A stretch of DNA of 62,000 nt, from positions 118,006,001 to 118,068,000 of the forward strand of contig OX597817.1 of the NCBI GenBank assembly GCA_951406725.2, in the 5' to 3' direction. Source of the stretch: Octopus vulgaris. Lineage: Eukaryota. The notes beneath the pieces were generated by a model. That model had not been told where the DNA came from. It was given only the letters and a program-made list of their open reading frames with translations, and ran no database searches. Below are positions 54,160 to 62,000 of this stretch, piece by piece; within the stretch, counting starts at the first letter, position 1; each line of letters opens with the position of its first letter. Both the position numbers and the translations under genes were made by a program.

Positions 54160-54921
54160 ATGTTTGTGTGTCGGTATTTGTCTCCCAACATCGCTTGACA
54201 TTGGATGTTGGTGTGTTTATATACCCGTAACTTAGCGGTTCGGCAAAAGAGACCGATAGAATAAGTACTAGGCTTACAAAGAATAAGTCCAGGGGTCGAT
54301 TTGCTCTTCTAAAGGCGGTGCTCCAGCATGGCCGCAGTCAAATGACTGAAATAAGTAAAAGAGTAAAAGATTAAGATTATTTGTACAAATTTGTTTTCAA
54401 ACGCAGCTTTTTGTTGCTGACCTATGCATCCTTTCCTAAATTCATACGAATAACCTCAAAGGCCTGACGCACCCGTACTCACATATAGACATATATTGAT
54501 ATAATGTACCTATATATATATATATATATATAAAATTACAAATTGAGATAGGGGCTGTGAGTGCAACCCACTATGGGATAACATGTATCCAATATACTGC
54601 TAGTAAAGCACCCAACAAAGTTAATACATAAATGTTAAGAATTGCGATGCAATTAGTTCATTCACTGTATTATATGGGCAAAGGTAAAATGTTTTACCAC
54701 AAATTAATAATACAAAATAAGAAAATGGAGAAATGCATCTTAATCAATAATCAACTACCAGATAATACCCAATCATATAATTTATTAAACCACTACATAT
54801 GAACATTAATGTCAAACATAATAATATAGAAGAAAACAAGGTACATCAATGAGTAATAAGATACCATAAGTACAGTATGTATAAGTGAATATAAATAAAT
54901 ACAAATATAAATATAAACTAC

Positions 54922-55048
54922 ATTTTACAGCTGTTTCAGCCATGCAGATATGGGTGCCTCATTATGCTCATATTAGCCATGCGTGGTAGGTTCATATGTA
55001 GTTATAAATGAGACACTTACAAAAATATCCCAAGGCCTCTTCAGAGAT
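54922..55048 (-). ncRNA. Hammerhead ribozyme candidate in the left arm; stem I weakened
   Basis: Inverted copy of 55256-55382 with the core intact; the 3' strand of stem I reads AAAU instead of AGAU. Confidence 0.5.
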
Positions 55049-55102
55049 TATGAAGAACAAACTAAATAGAACATATGTATGTATATTGTTGTATATTATT
55101 AT

Positions 55103-55137
<35 letters not shown>

Positions 55138-55255
55138 AGGAGTATGGGTATATGCACTCATATGTATGTGTATATTATATATTATGGGTATGTACCCACT
55201 CTTGTATGGGTGTACCTCCTCTGATTTTCCTATTTAATTTAGTTTGTTCTTCATA

Positions 55256-55382
55256 ATCTCTGAAGAGGCCTTGGGATATTTTTGTAAGTGTCTCATTTAT
55301 AACTACATATTAACCTATCACACATGGCTAATATGAGCATAATGAGGCACCCTTATCTGCATGGCTGAAACAGCTGTAAGAT
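55256..55382 (+). ncRNA. Type I minimal hammerhead ribozyme candidate with a long helix II insertion
   Basis: AUCU-CUGAAGA(55260-55266)-GGCC[92 nt]GGCU-GAAA(55367-55370)-C-AGCU-GUA(55376-55378)-AGAU. All core positions are present, with a 4-bp stem I, a 4-bp stem II (one G-U) and palindromic ACAGCUGU as stem III. Confidence 0.65.
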
Positions 55383-55591
55383 GTAGTTTATATTTATATT
55401 TGTATTTATTTATATTCACTTATCCATGTTGTAATTATTGTATCTTATTACTCATTGATGTACATTGTTTTGTTCTATATTATTATGTTTGACCTTAATG
55501 TTCATATGTAGTGGGTTAATAAATTATGTGATTGCGTATTATCTAGTAGTTGATTATTGATTAAGATGTATTTCTCCATTTTCTTATTTTG

Positions 55592-55623
<32 letters not shown>

Positions 55624-56960
55624 CCAACACATTCATATGTGTGTGTGTGTGTGTGCTTTTAAAGAGACACTATGCAACTACACGCTCCCATCTTTAGCAA
55701 AACAATTATATATGCAAGGAAAAATTGATGACCGCATTGCACCACATACTGTATAGAGTCAGGTTTAATATGAAGTTAGACAACAACAACATATCCGTGA
55801 CTAATTACAAATACCGTTGTCTAATTAGCGAAGCACATAATTTAGACATTTAGAGTATAATATTCTATTTAGTTTATATGATTAACACCAAGAAACTTCA
55901 TAATTCATTGCATTGCTTCAAGAGCGTCTGGTATTTCTTTGACTGTATCCTACTTCTAGACACACAATAAGTTCGATCTTGTTCATCATATTTTGCTATA
56001 TCATTTGTTCAGTCTGTGAAGAATATAGGGTACGTTAATTAACATTCCTAATCCAAGAGAGAAAACTTGAAGCAGTATGTATATAATCGAAATGCTCAAT
56101 AAAAATAGAAAATAACGTTAACATTACCTTACATTTCAGAGAAATAAATATCCATTCCTAACCAGCGAATCTCAAATCAAAATTCTAACAAGCAGTAATT
56201 TGTCGGTTGTTTCGACTTACAAGAAGGCTTGGAATTATTTTCCGTCAAATCCCAACTTTCGAAATGGTGTTATTAGAGCATATAGCTTGTATTATAGTGC
56301 GCAGATGTGTGTGTGTGTGTATACATGCGTGTGTGTGTTTGTTAGTGCGTGTATGCATGTACGTATGCATACACAAGAGGCAGTATGCATGTACGTGTGC
56401 ATAGATAGTATTAAGTTCATTATTTGTGAGTGTACTCCTTGGATATATAACAGTGATAATTATATTCATGAAAAACGATAGAGCTTTCTCTGTGAAATTA
56501 CCCAGGCACCAGCTCACAGAGAAACATGAATTCACATATTCAAATCTTCAACCATACGCGCACAGATACATACAAGCATGCATTCATATGTCAGTGTGAT
56601 TGTAATTTATGTGACAGTGTGAGTCTTCGTGATCCTGCAAAATATATTTTTTTGTTAGGGGCATTCTAACAAACATGCAATGGCATATGGTGTGATAGTT
56701 TCCGGGGATAAAATCAAATGATCATTCACAAATTTTGTTCTGCACAGAATCTACCTATGTAGATATTTTTCCTTAGGTAAGTTGAAGTAATGTTGAAAAA
56801 TAAAAGAGAGAAGATATAATAAATAGTTTATGTATTTGTTTTGTAAGGGTTTGATGTGAAACCGTATGTTGCAACAGATATTGTTATACATGGGGATGAT
56901 CAAATTGAATAAGCAGAACAAGATTGGTCCAGGCCATGTCTAACATATATATATATATAT

Positions 56961-57162
56961 GTACAATATGCTAAATGTAGACCAAATATCGTGTCTACAT
57001 TTAGCTTATTGGATGTCCACTTAATGGTCATCCTTCTTACATGAATGTAATATAATTTTTCAAAATCTTCAGATTTTTCACTATACTAGGCTACTGGTTT
57101 AAATATTAACGAAATTAATATCAATTTATTACTCTTATTACTTAAACATACATATATATATT

Positions 57163-57197
<35 letters not shown>

Positions 57198-57484
57198 ATA
57201 TACTATAATACATTTATGTATGTTTGTATATATGTGTGGGTGTGCGTGTGTATGTATGTATATATATAGATTGATAGATAAAACTTACTTGGAAGAGGAT
57301 GCGTGGCGTTCAATCATATGACACTATATATATATATGTAAATATATATATATAGTGTCATATGATTGAACGCCACGCATCCTCTTCCAAGTAAGTTTTA
57401 TCTATCAATCTATATATATACATACATACACACGCACACCCACACATATATGTACAAACATACATAAATGTATTATAGCTATAT

Positions 57485-57519
<35 letters not shown>

Positions 57520-57716
57520 AATATATATATGTATGTTTAAGTAATAAGAGTAATAAATTGATATTAATTTCGTTAATATTTAAACCAGTAGCCTAGTATA
57601 GTGAAAAATCTGAAGATTTTGAAAAATTATATTACATTCATGTAAGAAGGATGACCATTAAGTGGACATCCAATAAGCTAAATGTAGACACGATATTTGG
57701 TCTACATTTAGCATAT

Positions 57717-57721
<5 letters not shown>
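56961..57721. repeat. Fold-back with about 365-bp near-identical arms centred on (TA)n
   Basis: 56961-57325 versus 57354-57721; differences limited to small indels in the microsatellite part. Each arm contains a 13-bp internal hairpin gctaaatgtagac/gtctacatttagc. Confidence 0.96.
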
Positions 57722-57765
<44 letters not shown>

Positions 57766-57780
57766 ATATATATATATATA

Positions 57781-58153
57781 CTAGCAGTATCGCCCGGCGT
57801 TGCTCAGGTTTGTAAGGGAAATAACTATAAAGCATCTTTAGAGAGTTATAGCCAAAAAATAGCAAAAAATGGAAAAAAAAATGATGGTAAATTTTTTTGA
57901 GAGTAAAAAGGTTGAGTTGCGTCCCCTAGACAGTCTGTGGTTTGTTTTTTTTATTCTCGACCCCATGTCGAATTTATCGATTTTTTTCAGAACTGGGGGA
58001 ACTTTTCAAAATTTTCGCTGCGTTAGTTTTGAATTATGACATTGGGCTATGCGTGTGTCAAGTTTCATCAGAATCGGTTGAAAGCCGTGGTCAGGGTGAG
58101 GGTACGAGAAAACAGACACACAGAAACATACAGACAAACTCCGTTTATATATA

Positions 58154-58155
<2 letters not shown>
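57781..58155 (-). mobile_element. Small non-autonomous Helitron (375 bp)
   Basis: The hairpin-CTAG 3' end matches the 11013 copy; the 5' 240 bp match 1176-1419; inserted in (TA)n. Confidence 0.88.
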
Positions 58156-58184
<29 letters not shown>

Positions 58185-58260
58185 CGTATATACATAATTA
58201 TATGTACATGCTTATATCGATACGTATATATATATATATATATATAAATATGCATATGTG

Positions 58261-58350
58261 AGCACAGCACGTCATAAAGTGTGTACAACACAAAAATACG
58301 AAGTACGAGTACATGGAATATAAACTATTTTTTCGACCAACAAAAGACAC
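58261..58350 (+). repeat. Second copy of the 50096 module
   Basis: tacgaagtacgagtacatggaata...cacaaatggaa is shared. Confidence 0.8.
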
Positions 58351-61300
58351 AAATGGAACACTTTCGTTATCCTTTCTCTCTCTTATTCTTTTACGTCCAT
58401 GTCCCGCTATTGTATCCTATTACTCTGATATAAGAAAATTAATAAAATATCCACTTATATTGCCTTTAGTCGCTTAGATTATTAAAAATTTATTATATGC
58501 TATTAAATTAGTATATCATTAAAGTTGCCATCTATGTATCATACTTAATACATGCACACTATCGATTGGCCTGTCAACGTAGTATTTGTCCTGAGATAAC
58601 GTCTTTTATGGATTGTCATGTTAAAGACACAGAAGATATTAGAGACGAAACACCGTCCCAGCTGCTGCCAGCCTAAATGTCAAATGAATTGATTACAATA
58701 CATAACTATTATTAATACGTACCTACACCAATTGGCCATGCCGAATTTTAATTAACCAAGGCATTTTTGGAATGTTCTGATCAGTTTCTCTTCTCCTGGC
58801 GAATTCTCGCTTGTGCATGTGGCTGTTTGCAAATATGTATCATTAAAAAGCCCCAGTTAAGCCGAAATGCATCTAGCACCGTCATTAGCGATTGGTGATA
58901 TGAATGTTCGTCTCTCATTTTCTGTTATATCTATTGTATTTTTTTACAGAGCAGGTAGAGCTCTCCGGAAAAATACTGCAGTAACTGATATATCACCAGT
59001 TTGTATGCGTTAGGCACGTTGTGTGTGTGTGTATATGTGTGTGCGTGCGTTCTGTGTGTGTGCTTGTGTATGTACATATTTTTTAAATATAATTATAGAT
59101 GCACATACAATCGTATTTAATAATTGACTAAATCATATATAGTGCCAAAGGCATGTCCATATTTAGTTATTATTAACATTCTTAAAAGTTGTTCAAGTTT
59201 AAGTTGGTGTTAAATTATAACAATGTGTCTGGAAATGTTGCTAAACATCGTAATTTTTGTTCAAAACAATTATTTCAGGAATCGTATAATTTCCTAAAGG
59301 TAATTTAAAATAGATTATTTCTTGGATATGCTTTTAAATTTGCGACATGTCTGTATGTATGTATGTATGTGTTCGTTAGTAGATACCGTACTGGCTGATG
59401 GGCGTAAGCTATTCTCAGCTGATGGAGATGTATTTATTAGTTTTGTAAGGAAGCACAGTTGGTGGTAGCTAACTGTTTCTTCCAAAGAAAAGTAAGAGAA
59501 CATCAAGGAATTAAGAATTTACATGCTTACAGGGATGACTGTTCGTTATCTGCAGATAAACTGATCACTTACGACATGTTTACGTATTATTGTTTATCTA
59601 TTAGCTGAGCCTAATCAAACTTACTTTGGCCAGTGCAAAATTTATCGTGTTTTTTACATAGATACATTACGTTTTAAAGTATCTTGGCCTTTAGCAATTT
59701 GCATAATAAAAACTGGCAAATCATATAGCACATTTTAGCTAATGACATGCATTTAAATTTAAAGAAATAGCGGTGTACTAATGACATACAGAGAACTTCT
59801 CATTTAAAATTTAGTTCTTATTTGAAGAAAATATATAGAATACTAGTGGTACTAATTGTCACAAAGGGCGACCATTTTAGGCATAGGTTAATTAGTACAT
59901 GAAAGCATAACTCAAGTTCAAATTCATGCCATTGGTCCAAATGAGCTATTTCTATAGCTTGTTTTATTTTGTTATTAGAGAAAAGGAACAGCACTTTAGA
60001 GAAATGTACTGATGTAAATTATATTTTGCGATACAATGGATATTGTTTATATATATATATAAATGAAAATTCAGAATTTACGTTATAAAATATAGATGAG
60101 TTATCAAGAACGATATTATCTTAGCAAAATACTAAACTTACAGGCAACGTTTTGTGAGAGGAGTAAGTGAACATCAAATTTACCTGGATCAAAACTCGTT
60201 TAAAGAGGTTGGAATGCTAGTATAATATAACACAAAATATTTACAGGAAATGGAATACAGTCAAGAAAATTAGAGTTCATGATAGAGTTCATAATATATT
60301 AAGTATCTTGAGATCAGTTCAAATATGTTTGGGATAACTTATATGTTATATATGTTTGGTTAAATAGCATTTTCTCTACAGTTTGCTTTAGAGAAAATTC
60401 TTGCGTTAACGATAACTGTTAAAAGCACCACAGTCAGTCCATAGCATTTGCTATAGTAGATGCATTTCTTGCCTGTTACCGATCTTCAGTCCCGCTGTAC
60501 CGAACGAGACGTCAATAGCACTAGACCTTTCTCTGGTATACAAAGACTGATTTGAAGGTAAGCTTGCTCATATTACTGACGACACTGCAAAGAAGGTATT
60601 CCATTTCATATCATCATATTGTTAGGACTATGATTTACTTCGATTTTTCTACTTGAACATTTTCAAACAATGTTCACGTATTGTTATTGTTTTATTGTTG
60701 TTGTTTGTTTTTGTTGTTGTTGGGTTTGACCTGTTTCTGTTCTTGCTCTTGCTGTTATATATATTAATTCTACTGACACCTTACTTGCTGCAGATAAGAA
60801 TATATGTCTTACGCTGGAATATTAAGCTATGTTCGTGTACACTTGTGGTAACATATTAAGATACGGTTAATATTAGTCGAGAGTAGAATATTTAACGAAT
60901 ATAAGATTCCGACATTACAAAATAGGATTCTTGTCATGCTCATTTATTATTTACTAAAGTATGAGTTACTATTTTATGTTCAGGCTCTACAAGACAGACA
61001 ATATTGATTTTTCGCCGATCATTTATATCGACATTGGTACCATTTAGACAATGCATCGTTAGAGACGTACATACAGAGAACAAACCGATAAATGCTAAGT
61101 CCGGTTAGGATTCGAGAAAACGATGTCCTCTGTTAAACACCATTATCAAGTAATTCAATACTAGAAATCCTCGCTTATATTTCAGAATTATAAAGCATAT
61201 TTTTCCGTTGTTCAGATACACATGAAATATATATAATTTCGTGCAATCTTCATTTACTTTACATTGACGCTTTCTGTTCTATTCAAAGTAGAAATGGTAC

Positions 61301-61639
61301 CACTATAATTATAATTATAGCTAAATTCAACCGCTATATACATGTCAGTCCGATGCATTCATAAATGCCAGAATCTGCAAAGCTTCAGCCCATTAAAGAG
61401 GGGGAAATTTGAAAGAGAGCTTGCTGGTAGCAATAGTAATGCACAGAGTAAGACACACTGGCACACACATGTGTGTATTTGTGTGTATCTGTCTGCATTG
61501 CGTTCTCACAGTTTATAGTTGTATTTACAATATGTTCAGAAAATTCGTAGGCTTTGCAACATTAAACAGAGTTTTGACAGTGTCATAATACAGATGTGAT
61601 CTCCGAGTCCTTAGAATTCATATTACGAAATAGCATCCC

Positions 61640-61810
61640 CAGGAAGGACGTTATTTTACTTGTATTGACATGGGGGAGAAATCTTTTTTCTACCCCACTC
61701 TCCTTGATTGCATACCATTTGCTGATGCATTTTCTATGCCTCCAGACACACCTGGAATACCACTTTTTGCGACTTGCATATCCAGGTATTTATTTACAAT
61801 GATGTCATTA
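61640..61810 (-). mobile_element. Possible decayed RT fragment of an RLE-type non-LTR element
   Basis: YLDMQVAKSGIPGVSGGIENAS resembles the Q-K-x-GIPGFSGCLEH RT segment of NeSL/Hero-like elements; short and frameshifted. Confidence 0.3.
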
Positions 61811-62000
61811 GTTAACCATGCTACCATAACAAAAATATTTTGCTCTTAACAATCGGAAGATATATTGGTCTGATATAGTTAATATACTTTTAGAATATAC
61901 TATCTAACAACTATCCTGCATTTATTGTCGGTCTTCAGTTTGACACACTCAAGAAAATTGTTATATTTTCGATACAGCAGTAGGGGATTCCTAGAGTCAT

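Larger units (their letters stand above)
53142..54370 (+). mobile_element. Bipartite SINE split by an expanded internal microsatellite that holds two fold-backs
   Basis: 5' half at 53142-53283 (B-box-like gggttcagtcc). 3' half at about 54160-54370 ends in the LINE-like tail ggcggtgctccagcatggccgcag...gagtaaaaga. Joining the halves rests on my recollection of the family structure. Confidence 0.65.
54710..55594. repeat. Fold-back with about 358-bp arms around a microsatellite-rich spacer
   Basis: 54710-55068 versus 55237-55594; roughly 18 differences by eye. Confidence 0.95.

Noticed and set aside
57625-57680. ggatg..catcc hairpin in the 56961 fold-back as a possible helix II
   Set aside because: The flanking CUGANGA and GAAA are not recognisable.
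58620-58660. cagaaga...gacgaaacaccgtc hammerhead-like string
   Set aside because: Stem II and stem I cannot form.
58920-60560. Strong acceptor at about 58950 and donor gaag|gtaagc at about 60557
   Set aside because: All frames close quickly. They could be non-coding exons but cannot be supported from sequence alone.

Overview
AT-rich, microsatellite-saturated eukaryotic DNA that looks intergenic or intronic. The SINE families and (TA)n density resemble octopus/cephalopod genomes; this is recalled similarity, not a database result. I can support no host protein-coding gene, rRNA, true tRNA or CRISPR array. The window is a mosaic of mobile elements. It holds five minus-strand Helitrons with TC...hairpin-CTAG termini; the first has an open RepHel-like N-terminal frame running off the window start that the ORF track misses. 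It also holds several R4/Dong-type RLE retrotransposon remnants, CR1/L2-type LINE pieces, two Tc1 and two mariner copies, a Penelope GIY-YIG remnant, a decayed gag-like CCHC ORF and many tRNA-derived SINEs. The most unusual signal is a set of fold-back (inverted) duplications nested in (TA)n arrays, concentrated at 53.3-57.7 kb. Several carry minimal hammerhead-ribozyme motifs with palindromic stem III, of the kind known from Penelope-like elements and retrozymes. The copy at 55256-55382 keeps every catalytic core nucleotide and has a long structured helix II insertion. All alignments, folds and mismatch counts were done by eye.
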